From Thermodesulfobacteriota bacterium (GTDB lineage Bacteria > Desulfobacterota > Binatia > Bin18): 64,000 nt of DNA. Shown piece after piece: positions 31,836-42,174 of this stretch (the stretch's first letter is position 1; the number at the start of each line of letters is the position of its first letter). The translations under genes were made by a program, and so were the position numbers. The notes under the pieces were generated by a model. The model was not told the DNA's origin and did not search any database. It worked only from the letters and a program-made list of their open reading frames with translations. The stretch lies in the NCBI GenBank assembly GCA_964291405.2, contig OZ219926.1:4288001-4352000 (forward strand), written 5' to 3'.

Positions 31836-33083
31836 TTATAACGCCGCAATCGAGGCCTGGCGCTTGGTCCGCAGCTTTTCCGGCCACCAGTGATTCTCCC
31901 ACTGGTTGTCCCACATATCGTGGATATGGGGCATGACTTCGCTGGAGAACATATCGATGTTTTTGAGGGTCAGGTCATGCGGCATGGAGCCGATATGTAA
32001 CAGGACCATCAGATTGCCGATTCGCAGGTCTTTGGCCGCGTCGGCGAGCATGTCGCGCACCGTCGCCGGGCTGCCGGCAATCACAAAACCTTCGTCCACA
32101 AAGTCTTTGAACTTCCAGTTGGGGATGTCATCGAGTTTATCGAAATAGCTCTTGAAGATACCCTTGCGGATATTGTTTTCCAGACTGCGATAATCCTGAT
32201 GGCCCGGCGGGAAGAAGTATTCGGGCGGGATATGCAGGGATTTATTGTAGAAGTACTGGATATGCTTTTCATACAAGGCTTCGGCTTTGGCGTCGGTTTC
32301 GGCCACGGCCACGAGTTGCAGAAAACCGGCGCGGTAGGGGTTGGGTTCGATGCCGCGATCGCCGATGAACTGCCAGAACCCGTCCATTACGTTCTTGCCG
32401 GCCTTGGGGCCGTAATAGCTCAAAAAACAGTAGCAATGGTTGTGCTGGGCGGCAAACTCCCAGGTGCTGAGGCTGCCCAGGCCGGGAATCCAGACGGGCG
32501 GATGGGGCTGCTGGATCGGCCGCGGCCAGACGTTGACCTTGGGGAGCTGATAGTATTTGCCGTTCCAGGCGAAGATGTCATCCGCGGTCCAGGCCTTGAG
32601 GATCAAATCGTGGGCCTCGTAATAGCGCTCACGCTGTTCAATCGGCGTAATACCCGCACACAAGGTGGCATCCATAGCCGTTCCCAGCGGCATACCGGCC
32701 ACCAGGCGACCGCCGCTTATGGTATCCAACATGCCGTATTCTTCGGCTACGCGCGTGGGCGGGTTGGTGGTTGGCAAGGTTGAGCCCATTTGCACCACCG
32801 CCACGTCCATGCCATTGGTGGCGCGGGCCAGGACCGAGCCCATCAGGTTGGGGTTGGGCATAAAGCCGTAGGCATTCTGGTGATGTTCATTGACGCAGAT
32901 ACCGTCCATCCCGGCTTTGGCGGCATGGATCAGTTCGTCCAGTGACCAGTTATAATATTGGCCGACTTTCTCGGCGTCGCCCAGTTCCGTCCAGGGCGGA
33001 TCGACCCAGACTGAGTGGTATTTTTGCTCAAAATCGTCCGGCAGGTCCCGGTAGGGCATCAGGTGAAACATGGATACTTTCAT
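31836..33083 (-). CDS. LLM-class flavin-dependent oxidoreductase
   Basis: CVNEHHQNAYG, VAEEYGMLD..SGGRL, WPRPIQQPHPP. Confidence 0.92.
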   Translation of the reverse strand: MKVSMFHLMPYRDLPDDFEQKYHSVWVDPPWTELGDAEKVGQYYNWSLDELIHAAKAGMDGICVNEHHQNAYGFMPNPNLMGSVLARATNGMDVAVVQMGSTLPTTNPPTRVAEEYGMLDTISGGRLVAGMPLGTAMDATLCAGITPIEQRERYYEAHDLILKAWTADDIFAWNGKYYQLPKVNVWPRPIQQPHPPVWIPGLGSLSTWEFAAQHNHCYCFLSYYGPKAGKNVMDGFWQFIGDRGIEPNPYRAGFLQLVAVAETDAKAEALYEKHIQYFYNKSLHIPPEYFFPPGHQDYRSLENNIRKGIFKSYFDKLDDIPNWKFKDFVDEGFVIAGSPATVRDMLADAAKDLRIGNLMVLLHIGSMPHDLTLKNIDMFSSEVMPHIHDMWDNQWENHWWPEKLRTKRQASIAAL

Positions 33084-33263
33084 CCCTGGCCTCCTTTGTG
33101 TGTACTGTGTCCGGCTAGAGTACCAATTGTGGCGTGGTTTGACTAGGCGACCTTAGCGCTGATTCACACGACAGTCTTACGCGAACAGGATAATATAATT
33201 CTTCATTTTTTGTGTTACTATCGTATATACGATCTGGTACACATTAGAAAACAGGAGATTGTC

Positions 33264-33551
33264 ATGCGCTTTGTGAGCGTTCGTGAATTGCGCAACCAGT
33301 CGGCCTCGGTATGGAAGGTGCTATCCGAAGAGAAGGACTTGGTCATTACCTCCAACGGCAAGCCAATCGCCCTCCTGTCGGCGATGATGGAGGAAGACCT
33401 GGAGGCATCGCTGGGGGCCGTACGTCGTGCGCGCGCCCAAGCCGCTGCCACAGCCCTGCAACAAGCTTCTCTGCAAGCCGGGACTGATCGCCTCTCGGTG
33501 GAAGACATCAACGCAGAGATCAACGCGGCGCGCCGGGAACGCGCTCGATGA
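33264..33551 (+). CDS. Phd/YefM-family antitoxin
   Basis: MRFVSVRELRN..LVITSNGKPIALL; overlaps PIN gene by 4 nt. Confidence 0.88.
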   Translation: MRFVSVRELRNQSASVWKVLSEEKDLVITSNGKPIALLSAMMEEDLEASLGAVRRARAQAAATALQQASLQAGTDRLSVEDINAEINAARRERAR

Positions 33552-33973
33552 GGATCGTGCTGGATACAAATGTCCTGGTCTCCGGTCTGCTTTCTCCCTT
33601 CGGCCCTCCAGGAGATATTGTGAGACTGATAACGACTGGGACAGTACGGGTCTGTTATGATGCCCGCATCCTGGGTGAGTATCGTCAGGTCCTCCTGCGG
33701 CCGGCCTTCTCGTTCAGCCAAGTCCAAGTCGAATCCGTGCTGGCTCAACTCGAAGCCGATGGAGACCTCGTGACAGCGCACCCTCTTTCCGAGGGTCTAC
33801 CAGACCCGGACGACGAGGTTTTTCTCGCGGTGGCTCTCGCGAGTCAAGCCCATTGTCTGGTAACCGGTAATATCAGGCATTACCCCGCTTCGCGCCGCCA
33901 AGGGGTGCGGGTCGTTTCCCCGAGAAATTTCCTGGAGTTGTACCGGAAAATGGCAGTGTCTGACGATTTATGA
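33548..33973 (+). CDS. PIN-domain toxin
   Basis: MRIVLDTNVLVS, PDPDDEVFL, LVTGNIRHYP. Confidence 0.9.
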   Translation: MRIVLDTNVLVSGLLSPFGPPGDIVRLITTGTVRVCYDARILGEYRQVLLRPAFSFSQVQVESVLAQLEADGDLVTAHPLSEGLPDPDDEVFLAVALASQAHCLVTGNIRHYPASRRQGVRVVSPRNFLELYRKMAVSDDL

Positions 33974-34027
33974 TTTCTCACCACGTCTAACGAGAACCGC
34001 CCAACAGAGTGACGAAAGCGCTGAGCG

Positions 34028-34639
34028 TTAGAAAAACTTCACGCAATAACTGATCCGCGAAGCGCTGTCGTGGTCGGCATCGGCCGGCACGAGTTGTCTG
34101 TCTTTTACGAGGTCGCGCAGTTCGGTATCAACCACACTCGAAAAGACCTCAAACCCGCGTTCCAGGTAGGCTTTGGGTGGATGCCCGCCCATGAAGGCCA
34201 TGACCGCCCGTGGAGTAGGGGTGGCCTTGGCCGTCACCGCTGCGAACCCGGCCTGCTTGGCCCAGTCCAAAAAATGATCCAAGAGGCTCAGGCCAATGCC
34301 CCGCCCCTGATAACGCGCGTCTCGGTCGTCCGTGTCGTCGAGTTGACCAACGTGGTAGCAGTAAATGGACAGGCTGCGGTCGGGCAGCGCGGGCGCTGCG
34401 TTGCCGAACTCGCCCCAATACAGCGGGTCCCACAGCCCCTTTGGCGAGCGGGTGTCCGCGGCGTAGCGTCGAAACTGGAGTTGGCCGACATGCTGAGTGC
34501 CGTCAAACGCCAATATCGCGCTTGAGCCCAGGTCCCGGATACGGGCACGGACCTCCTGCTCGTCGCCCTGATGACCAATGGGTATGGTCCCAACATCCTC
34601 TGATGTCATGGGTCGGAAGGTAATAGTGTCTGTGGGCAT
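34028..34639 (-). CDS. GNAT-like protein
   Basis: RYQGRGIGLSLL acetyl-CoA motif, YLERGF. Confidence 0.7.
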   Translation of the reverse strand: MPTDTITFRPMTSEDVGTIPIGHQGDEQEVRARIRDLGSSAILAFDGTQHVGQLQFRRYAADTRSPKGLWDPLYWGEFGNAAPALPDRSLSIYCYHVGQLDDTDDRDARYQGRGIGLSLLDHFLDWAKQAGFAAVTAKATPTPRAVMAFMGGHPPKAYLERGFEVFSSVVDTELRDLVKDRQLVPADADHDSASRISYCVKFF

Positions 34640-34801
34640 GTATTTTCTCCCTCGAGCGTTTGTAGCGATGCTGTCACAATAAACGGAACGGCCATCAACA
34701 TAAATTCCCCATATACTCTCCTGGACCTGTGCTTGAGACAAGACCCGGACTGTGACAAGCCTGCGAAAATGCAAGCGGGCTGGAGATTGCGATAGAGGAC
34801 T

Positions 34802-34827
34802 GCGCGGGCGAAGTTCTTCGCCCGCGC
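34802..34827. terminator. GC hairpin downstream of the helicase gene
   Basis: GCGCGGGCGAAG-TT-CTTCGCCCGCGC; no clear U tract. Confidence 0.4.
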
Positions 34828-34837
34828 GGAGTAGTGT

Positions 34838-36085
34838 TTAGCCGGCGCGCCTTTGGCTGCGCCCCCGGCGAGCCGGATGAGGTTGCCCGCTCCGGGGCCG
34901 TCTGCCGGGGCGCTTGAGCTGCTTGGGCTGCTCGTTGACATCGGGCGCGAAGCCCTCGACCTGCCGACGGGGTATGGGTGAGCCGATCATGCGTTCGGTC
35001 GCACGTACCCAGCCGGAATCGTCAGCCGTCACAAAAGTACATGCCTCTCCACGGCGCTCGGCGCGGCCGGTGCGCCCAAGGCGATGGGTATATGCCTCGG
35101 GTGTGTCCGGTACATCGAAGTTAATCACGTGGGAGACTCCGCTCACGTCAATGCCGCGCGCCACGATGTCTGTTGCCACGAGGATGTTGTGGTGGCGTGA
35201 GCGGAAGCTGCGCATGGCCCGGTCGCGCTGGGACTGGGACAGGTTGCCCTGGAGACCCACGGCCCGGTGTCCGGCCTGACCGAGGCGCTCGGCCAGACGC
35301 CGGGCGCGGTGCTTGGTGCGGGTGAAGACGATGGCCGAGTCGCAGTTGTCTTGGGTGAGGACGTGTTCGAGCAGGGCGTGCTTGCGCTGCTCTGCGACGA
35401 GCACCAGGGCATGTTTGACGGTAGCGGCCGGGGCCATATCGGTTAACTCGACCACGTGCGGAGTCTGCAATAGATCGTCCGCCAGCCCGCGGACTTCTCT
35501 TGGCATAGTGGCTGAGAACAGCAGGTTCTGCCGGCGAGCGGGAAGCGCGCCGAGGATTTTGCGAATGCCGGGCAGGAAGCCCATATCGAACATATGGTCA
35601 GCTTCGTCGAGCACGAGGGTTTCGACCTGGCCGAGGCGGAGTATACCCTGCTGGAGCAGATCAAGTATGCGGCCTGGGCAGCCCACTACGATCTCCGGGC
35701 GCTGACGCAGCGCACTTATCTGGTTGCGCATTGAGACACCGCCGTAGATGGTGGCCATCTTGAGGCGGGTGAACTGAGCCAGTGTCCGAATTTCTTCCGT
35801 AATCTGGCTGGCGAGTTCCCGGGTGGGTGCGAGCACCAAGGCGCGCAGGCCCTTACGGCGTTCTCCGAGGAGCCGGTCGAGCAGGGGGAGGGCGAAGGCC
35901 GCCGTTTTGCCGGTACCGGTCTGGGCTAAGCCGAGTACGTCGTGGCCGTCGAGGCCGGGGGGAATGGTTTTGACCTGGATTGGCCAGGGAGTTTCAAAGC
36001 CGGCGACGTGGATGCCGCGCATGAGGGCTTCGTGAAGCCCGAACCGGTCGAATGTTGCCGGTGCGATTGATACTGAATCAGACAT
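34838..36085 (-). CDS. DEAD/DEAH-box RNA helicase (RhlE-like)
   Basis: AQTGTGKT, PTRELA, DEAD, SAT, ARGID, HRLGRTGRA. Confidence 0.95.
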   Translation of the reverse strand: MSDSVSIAPATFDRFGLHEALMRGIHVAGFETPWPIQVKTIPPGLDGHDVLGLAQTGTGKTAAFALPLLDRLLGERRKGLRALVLAPTRELASQITEEIRTLAQFTRLKMATIYGGVSMRNQISALRQRPEIVVGCPGRILDLLQQGILRLGQVETLVLDEADHMFDMGFLPGIRKILGALPARRQNLLFSATMPREVRGLADDLLQTPHVVELTDMAPAATVKHALVLVAEQRKHALLEHVLTQDNCDSAIVFTRTKHRARRLAERLGQAGHRAVGLQGNLSQSQRDRAMRSFRSRHHNILVATDIVARGIDVSGVSHVINFDVPDTPEAYTHRLGRTGRAERRGEACTFVTADDSGWVRATERMIGSPIPRRQVEGFAPDVNEQPKQLKRPGRRPRSGQPHPARRGRSQRRAG

Positions 36086-36294
36086 AAGTAGATTAATCTC
36101 CGCCGTAGAGGCACGAGTTGCTCCTGTACGGCCGTATTTTCCGACCCAAACAACAGGGAAAGGGAAGAAGGGTTTTTTTAGCGGCGTGCCCTCGGAGGGA
36201 CGGAGAGGGCCTGTTGTTCGCCGCTGTCGAGCGGATGCTCAAATCACAGGAGCTAGGCTACACGGTCTGCGCGATTTGTGCCACCCCACTGGGA

Positions 36295-36942
36295 CTAGCT
36301 CTTGTTTTTGAAGGCTGCGAAATCTCGCTGCATAACCGAATCGACCACGTTGACCGACGGGCGTTCGCCGACCATTTGCAAATACTCACCCAGGCCGGGG
36401 ACATCATTCGTAATGTCCCAGTCGTAGATTTGCGTAGTGTGCAGATTGGTAAAGCGCAACTCGAAATAGGCGGTCAGGTCGGCGAAGGTGAATGTGTCGC
36501 CGGCAATATAGGGCTCGAAGCGGGTGAGTTGCTTGAGCGCCCGCAGCCCGTTTTCCAGCAATGGCCGGGCTGCGTCGTACGCGGCCTGGTCAACCGGCGC
36601 GCCGAAGTACACGGTCGGTACATGGCGCCGGGCCGGTGCGTCGAGATACAGCTCGACAAAGCGGATAATTTCTTTGGCTTTGGCCCTGGCCCAGGGGTCG
36701 CTGGGATACAGCGCCGGTTGCGGCTGGACATCTTCGAGATAGTCAAAGATGACGTTCGTCTCGGTCAGGGTCGTACCATCGACCTCAATATAGGGCACCT
36801 TGCCCATCGGGCTTTTGGCCAGGACTTCAGGGTCTTGGCTCGGCATGATCGAGACTTCCTCAAAGGCGAGTCCTTTTTCGACCAGTGCGGCCTTGGCCGT
36901 GCTGTAATAATTGCTCAGGGTCGTACCGTAGATTTTGATCAT
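36295..36942 (-). CDS. Glutathione S-transferase family protein
   Basis: SNYY, SPMGKVP, ETNVIFDYLE, TFADL. Confidence 0.9.
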   Translation of the reverse strand: MIKIYGTTLSNYYSTAKAALVEKGLAFEEVSIMPSQDPEVLAKSPMGKVPYIEVDGTTLTETNVIFDYLEDVQPQPALYPSDPWARAKAKEIIRFVELYLDAPARRHVPTVYFGAPVDQAAYDAARPLLENGLRALKQLTRFEPYIAGDTFTFADLTAYFELRFTNLHTTQIYDWDITNDVPGLGEYLQMVGERPSVNVVDSVMQRDFAAFKNKS

Positions 36943-37004
36943 AGTGTGTCCTCCTTGCAGTGTGCGTTCATATACTCAGGGCGGGCAGGTCTCCGCTGGT
37001 CAGA

Positions 37005-37136
37005 TCAATAGACAGGGCTCGTAGATGGTCTGTAAGGTCCCAGCGTCTCGCCTTGCGTCCAGTAATCAGGATACTCGTGGAGATAGCCGAGCCACGCTCC
37101 CTCGTCTTCCCAGTAGACAAATTGTGTCTTATGCAT
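37005..37136 (-). pseudogene. HicB-like antitoxin remnant
   Basis: VYWEDEGAWLGYLHEYPDYWTQGETL, then unrelated sequence; no hicA. Confidence 0.65.
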
Positions 37137-37229
37137 GGTCATCCGCTCTTTTTTCGTCTCTCTCACCGTAAATGTCAATGCGTATGAGCGTACACCCCGT
37201 GGCAAAACGGTGCAGCCCTTGTCTCGACG

Positions 37230-37553
37230 TTACTCCCGCATCGCCTCAATAATACGGGTGAGCCTGAGCAGCTCTTCATCACTGGCATCATTGACCAGCC
37301 CGTCCAGCTTTCGGCGGAGTTCGACGGGAGGATATCCTTCCTCCCGTCGATACTGAAACAATTCGGACAGCGGAACCTCCAGACCCGCGGAAAGGCGCTC
37401 AAGCAGAGCGAGTGTCGGATTCGCCTCTCCCCGCTCAATGACGGCCAGGTAGTTGGTGTTGATGTCGATGATTTCTGCCAGCCGTTCCTGCGTATGTCCC
37501 TTTGATCTTCGCAGGCTTTTAATCCGTTTTCCTAACAGCTCTCGGTCCTTCAT
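37230..37553 (-). CDS. XRE-family HTH transcriptional regulator
   Basis: LGKRIKSLR..TQERLAE..YLAVIERGEANPTL. Confidence 0.9.
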   Translation of the reverse strand: MKDRELLGKRIKSLRRSKGHTQERLAEIIDINTNYLAVIERGEANPTLALLERLSAGLEVPLSELFQYRREEGYPPVELRRKLDGLVNDASDEELLRLTRIIEAMRE

Positions 37554-37797
37554 ACCCGCCTCGTGGTGCAAGACCAGTATGGATAGACCTCTATGTTAGG
37601 TGAACGCTCTGATAGGGATAGTTTATTGACAATATATCTCTGTTAGTAATAATATATTGTCCTTCAGATATAATTTACGAGCGAAACTATACCTGTCAGA
37701 TACCACGAAAGAGGACGTAAACATTTGTCGTCGGCGGACAAGCGCGTGAACCTGAAGCAAGAAACAAGGGAGGAAAGGAGGAGTGCGGAATGAAGGA
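37554..37797 (+). repeat. Promoter/leader module R1, copy A
   Basis: Colinear with 42824-43052; TTGACA at 37626, TAATAAT at 37647; ends in AGGAGG RBS and mini-ORF MKE*. Confidence 0.85.
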
Positions 37798-38002
37798 ATA
37801 GCTCGATGCTGAGATCGGAGGGTGGGGCGTCAAGCGGACTATCCCTTACCGGCCTACTCGCAATGAAGGCTCAGAACTGCGTTGGAAGGAACGATATCAT
37901 AGTCTGAAGGAGGAGGAAAAAGTGATGCATAAAATAGTGTGTAGTCAATACGGACCGGCAACTCGCATGTGCCGGGCGGTGATCGGAGAGAGAAGGTTTT
38001 GT

Positions 38003-38584
38003 ATGGGTCGTGTCGTTGGGGTCGTCAGTATCCTGCTCTGCTTTCTCCTGGCTCCCATCGGAGCACAGGGGCAGGAAGAGGGGCAGGAGACCCCGGCCAC
38101 CGCGTATTTTCTGGATGTTCCATACCAGGGAGGACAATACTCTGGCGTGGGCACAGTGCATGGCTGGATATGTGAGCCGATGGGGGACCTGACGGTTCGT
38201 TTCGACGATGGGGAGCCCATCCCTCTGCTCTATGGTGCCCAGCGGGCGGACGTGATGGAAACCGGACAGTGTGACCACGCAGAAGTCGGTTTCGTCACGA
38301 TCTGGAACTGGGGTGAATTGGGAGAAGGGGAACACACCGCACGGGTGTATGATGGTGACATGTTACTCGTAGAGCATACGTTCATGGTCGCCACGTTTGG
38401 CGTGCCCTTCCTCATGAATGCAGAAGGCAGTTGCACCATTGCCGATTTCCCGTCTACCGGGGAAACCGCGCATTTTACGTGGACCGAGGGAACGCAGCAC
38501 TTAGAGCTGGACCCGTCTGAAGACACGGAGGGCGAGGCCGGCGAGGAAGAGGACGGAAGCGAGGACATGGACGATATGAGCTAA
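38003..38584 (+). CDS. Secreted protein consisting of the shared SGxGxxxGWxC..WNW domain plus an acidic tail
   Basis: Signal peptide MGRVVGVVSILLCFLLAPIGAQG; YSGVGTVHGWICE..LTVRFD..GFVTIWNWG..TQHLEL. Confidence 0.8.
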   Translation: MGRVVGVVSILLCFLLAPIGAQGQEEGQETPATAYFLDVPYQGGQYSGVGTVHGWICEPMGDLTVRFDDGEPIPLLYGAQRADVMETGQCDHAEVGFVTIWNWGELGEGEHTARVYDGDMLLVEHTFMVATFGVPFLMNAEGSCTIADFPSTGETAHFTWTEGTQHLELDPSEDTEGEAGEEEDGSEDMDDMS

Positions 38585-38748
38585 GTGGGTTCCCCGCCCT
38601 TGGTCAGCCTCTTTGGTCGGCCAAAAAGAGGTCGCCCGTTTTTTCCCTCGGGGCGGGTGGCCTCTCTGATTTGCTTACCATGAGGGCTTCATGCACGACT
38701 GGACGAAAGATTGGTCTGCCGGGACCCTCGCCGTGGAAGGAGCAGCGT

Positions 38749-38841
38749 ATGCGAGTGGAATGTCCACACTGTAAAGCCGTGGTGAATTTCAAGCGAGATG
38801 CAAAAGGCCGGTGGGTCGGTACGAAATGGATCCCATTCTGA
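38749..38841 (+). CDS. 30-aa CxxC mini-ORF behind a partial R2 leader (possibly truncated zinc-ribbon gene)
   Basis: MRVECPHCKAVVNFKRDAKGRWVGTKWIPF*, preceded by TCTGCCGGGACCCTCGCCGTGGAAGGAG. Confidence 0.45.
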   Translation: MRVECPHCKAVVNFKRDAKGRWVGTKWIPF

Positions 38842-38879
38842 ACGAACTCCTACCGACTGTTCCGTAGAGGAGGAGATAA

Positions 38880-40703
38880 CTGTACCGTATTATCGCACTT
38901 ATTCTTGCCCTGTTCATGGTCTCTGAGGCTCACGCGGCTATTCTGGAAAATCCCACACATAATGCCCTGTATTCCGGGATTGGCGTCATTTCTGGATGGA
39001 AGTGTGAGACGTCAGGAGAGTTGACCGTCCGTTTTAACGAAGATGATCCGATCCCCCTGGTGTACGGCAGTCAGCGGCTCGATGTCCTCGACGCTGGCGC
39101 GTGTGACAGTGCCGATGTGGGATTTGTAGCCATCTGGAATTGGGCCAAACTCGGTACCGGAACGCACACCGCAGTTGTCTACGACGATGGGGAAGAGTTC
39201 GCTCGCTCTATCTTCGACGTAGCAACGACTGGAGAAGAGTTTCTCCGGGGGGCAAGCGCGCAAGTGTGGATAGACGAATTTCCTGCACCTGGAGAACGAA
39301 CGCGCTTTGTGTGGAATCAAAGTACACAGCATCTTGAACTCGCCGAAGTCACGGAACAGCCTGGCAATGAGGACGATGGCCCGCAATCTGGCAATGGAGC
39401 GACGGAACAGCCTAGCAACGAAGAAGAGGAAGAGGACCCGCAATATGCTCTTCATAGAGCAGCGCAGAATGGAGACGCAGAAGCGGTTCGGACTCTGATT
39501 GCCAATGGAGCGGACGTACATGAGAGGATTAATACGGGGCGTGATACTCCCTTGCATCGGGCTGCGTCAGGGGGAACCGCGGAGGTCATCGAGATTTTAC
39601 TGGAGGCGGGTGCGCTTGTGAACGCGCGGAACACCTTCGGGGACGCGCCATTGCATCATGCCGCAAGGAACGAAAATAGCGGGGAGATCACCCGGGCTCT
39701 TCTTGCGGGGGGCGCGGATTTGTACGCGGGGGATAGCGAAGATCGTACACCGTTACATTGGGCCGCGAGAGAAGGAAGCGTGGATATGGTCTTGATTCTC
39801 TTGGCGGAGGGTATGGACGTGAACACGCAGAGTAAGTGGGGTGACACTCCGCTGCATTATGCAGCAGGTGGCGGAAATGCAGCGGTTATTCGTATATTGC
39901 TTGACGCCGGCGCGGACGTGAATGCACAGGCTTCTCGGGGAGTAACTCCATTACATCGTGGCGCGGGAAGCGGGGATGCAGAGGTTGTTCGCCTCTTGCT
40001 TGACGCAGGCGCGGATGTGAATGCGCGAGGAAGGGGCGATAACACACCGTTGCACCATGCAACACATGGCGGAAACGTAGAAGTTCTCCGGGCGCTACTT
40101 GACGCCGGCGCGGACGTGTATGCGCAAAATGATGACGGTGACACAGCATTTGCACTCGCCGAAAAATATTCAACTCCCGAAGTGGTCGAGTTTCTCCGCA
40201 ATGAAGGAGGGGCCGGGGAAAGGCCCTGCACGCCAGAAACCACAACTGTTCCAGTGATCCTCACAGGCGGGGGGAATCAAGAATCTCAGTGGGCAATAAC
40301 GAACTCCTGTGACGGCACCACGCTGACCATAGATATTACGGTGTTTGGTCTGATCTTCCATCCTCGTTTCTCAAGCTTCCCACTCGATGCAGCAGATTTG
40401 ATGATCGAACAACACGGGCGTTACTACACGTCCCTGTCAACAACCGTATGGAGTCGTCTGTTAGGGTGGTTCATACAGGATTTCTCATGGACATATGATG
40501 ATGGTGGGGAGAACATAGAAGATTATTTCACGTTATATGGACCTCCTGAAACTGTCGGGACGCCCTACACGGTCACGCTCCGCACGATCGTCACGCTTCC
40601 CATGGACGCCAGCCTCAACTTTCGTGAGCCGTTCAAAGTTTTCTATCGGGATACAATAGACACACTTGACGACCTGGAGAACCCGCTGTTTGAGTTTCCG
40701 TAG
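38880..40703 (+). CDS. Secreted ankyrin-repeat protein with the shared N-terminal domain; probable CTG start
   Basis: LENP..YSGIGVISGWKCE..IWNWA..TQHLEL, then ~8 TPLHxAA..G..LLxAGADVN repeats (~39446-40200), then unknown C-terminal domain. Confidence 0.9.
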   Translation: MYRIIALILALFMVSEAHAAILENPTHNALYSGIGVISGWKCETSGELTVRFNEDDPIPLVYGSQRLDVLDAGACDSADVGFVAIWNWAKLGTGTHTAVVYDDGEEFARSIFDVATTGEEFLRGASAQVWIDEFPAPGERTRFVWNQSTQHLELAEVTEQPGNEDDGPQSGNGATEQPSNEEEEEDPQYALHRAAQNGDAEAVRTLIANGADVHERINTGRDTPLHRAASGGTAEVIEILLEAGALVNARNTFGDAPLHHAARNENSGEITRALLAGGADLYAGDSEDRTPLHWAAREGSVDMVLILLAEGMDVNTQSKWGDTPLHYAAGGGNAAVIRILLDAGADVNAQASRGVTPLHRGAGSGDAEVVRLLLDAGADVNARGRGDNTPLHHATHGGNVEVLRALLDAGADVYAQNDDGDTAFALAEKYSTPEVVEFLRNEGGAGERPCTPETTTVPVILTGGGNQESQWAITNSCDGTTLTIDITVFGLIFHPRFSSFPLDAADLMIEQHGRYYTSLSTTVWSRLLGWFIQDFSWTYDDGGENIEDYFTLYGPPETVGTPYTVTLRTIVTLPMDASLNFREPFKVFYRDTIDTLDDLENPLFEFP

Positions 40704-40875
40704 CATGGGGAATTCCAACAGGCCGTGAGAAAAACCGGCGGGTTGCATGGACGGATGTCAGTCAGCGCGACCCCCCGGCTCACCGGGGTCCACAGAGATG
40801 CCATCATGCGGCTGAACCCGTGCATCGGCCGTTGAGACTCCGTCAGCCAGCCCGCAGCTCAAGACCAACACCATT

Positions 40876-40934
40876 TTATGTGTCCTCGAACAGCTCCTGG
40901 ATGTGCGCCTCGGGCAGGGGCTGGGTCACTTTGG
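40876..40934 (-). repeat. Orphan copy of the 3' end of the sodium:solute symporter gene
   Basis: Encodes KVTQPLPEAHIQELFEDT*, versus KVTQPLPEAHVQVLFEDV* in gene 52209-53786. Confidence 0.85.
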
Positions 40935-41131
40935 GGACAGGGATAGTTTCGAGCACGATTAAGTCCTTCCCTAATGGCACGGTCAGCCGCCGGGGCAGCG
41001 GCAGTAGGTCAGTGCTGGCGAAACAGATAGCGGCACTCAGAAAGGAACAAGAGATGACCGAGAAAATCCGACAGATCATCGAAGAGGCGGTAAGGTGTTT
41101 TGAAGAGGAGCAGGAAGACCCCCGCATCCTT

Positions 41132-41212
41132 CAAGCTCAGCTCTGTGGCCATACCCTGCGATTAACAGGGATGGGGAACAGGGCATATAAGTCCCCTCAT
41201 TAGGACAGTACC
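41132..41212 (+). repeat. 81-bp repeat R3, copy A, ending in IS-like end ATTAGGACAGTACC
   Basis: Direct repeat of 42004-42084 with 3 mismatches. Confidence 0.9.
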
Positions 41213-41236
41213 ACCTTGCGTTGCGAGTCAACCTTT

Positions 41237-41254
41237 ATTATATTTCAATATAAT
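41237..41254. promoter_or_regulatory. pemIK-type operator palindrome
   Basis: ATTATAT-TTCA-ATATAAT just upstream of the antitoxin gene. Confidence 0.6.
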
Positions 41255-41267
41255 GTGAGAGGTGCTT

Positions 41268-41525
41268 ATGCATACCACGACTCTGCGCAAGGTTGGCGGT
41301 TCCGTCATGCTCGCCGTGCCCCCGGCCCTTCTGAATCTCCTGCAGCTCGGGGTCGGTGCCAGAGTGGATATCCGGATTGAGGACGGCCGCTTGGTTGTTA
41401 CGCCCAGGACACGTCCACGGTACTCGCTTGATGAACTGCTGGCACAATGCGACGAGACCGCCCCCGTGGCGGCCGGGGATCGCGCCTGGATTGACGCGAA
41501 GCCGGTCGGCAACGAACTGTTGTAA
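41268..41525 (+). CDS. pemI: PemI/MazE-family antitoxin
   Basis: MHTTTLRKVGGSVMLAVPPALL..RPRYSLDELLAQCD..PVGNELL. Confidence 0.92.
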   Translation: MHTTTLRKVGGSVMLAVPPALLNLLQLGVGARVDIRIEDGRLVVTPRTRPRYSLDELLAQCDETAPVAAGDRAWIDAKPVGNELL

Positions 41526-41857
41526 TGCAGCGGGGCGACATCTGGCTCGTCAGCCTCGATCCCACGGCCGGCCATGAACAACAAGGGACCCGGCCGGTCG
41601 TGATCGTGTCCCCGGCAGCGTTCAACGAATTGACCGGGACGCCAGTTGTCCTGCCCATCACCACCGGCGGGAGCTTCGCGCGCCGGCGTGGTTTCGCGGT
41701 TTCCCTCGAAGACGCGGGCACCCACACGAGGGGCGTGATCCGCTGCGACCAGCCGCGCGTCCTCGACCTCGCTGTCCGGAATGGGAAACGCCTCGAAACC
41801 GTCCCGGAGCCCATCATGGATGAAGTGCTTGCCCGCCTCGCCGCCATCATCACGTAG
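41525..41857 (+). CDS. pemK: PemK/MazF-family endoribonuclease toxin
   Basis: RGDIWLVSLDPTAGHEQQGTRPV, PITTGG, IRCDQPRVLD. Confidence 0.93.
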   Translation: MQRGDIWLVSLDPTAGHEQQGTRPVVIVSPAAFNELTGTPVVLPITTGGSFARRRGFAVSLEDAGTHTRGVIRCDQPRVLDLAVRNGKRLETVPEPIMDEVLARLAAIIT

Positions 41858-42003
41858 GCAGCTTCGCCGGTGCCCGAGCTTCGTGCGAGACGGACACGAG
41901 GATGCATGCGCGTGCAGTCGGGCCGTGGCAAGAAGAGCGGAGCCGGCCGCGGGCCACGGTGGAATGCCGTGGCGTCGGCGGGAAACTGATGGAGGAGCGC
42001 AAC

Positions 42004-42084
42004 CAAGCTCAGCTCTGTGGCCATACCCTGCGATTAACAGGGATGGGGAACAGGACATATAAGTCCCCAAATTAGGACAGTACC
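42004..42084 (+). repeat. 81-bp repeat R3, copy B
   Basis: Ends CAAATTAGGACAGTACC, the reverse complement of the R2 start with one mismatch. Confidence 0.9.
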
Positions 42085-42174
42085 CTTATTTGTTAAACTT
42101 GGCCGTCTCCGGAAGTTCGCGGCGGAGACTGGCCGGCCGGACGCTGAGAACATGGTATTCTGTCAAGACACGGC

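Noticed and set aside
40820-41203. ORFs 40820-41203 (+) and 40876-41127 (-)
   Set aside because: Chimeras of the orphan symporter tail and the R3 repeat; a short ORF near 41054 may be a remnant but cannot be assigned
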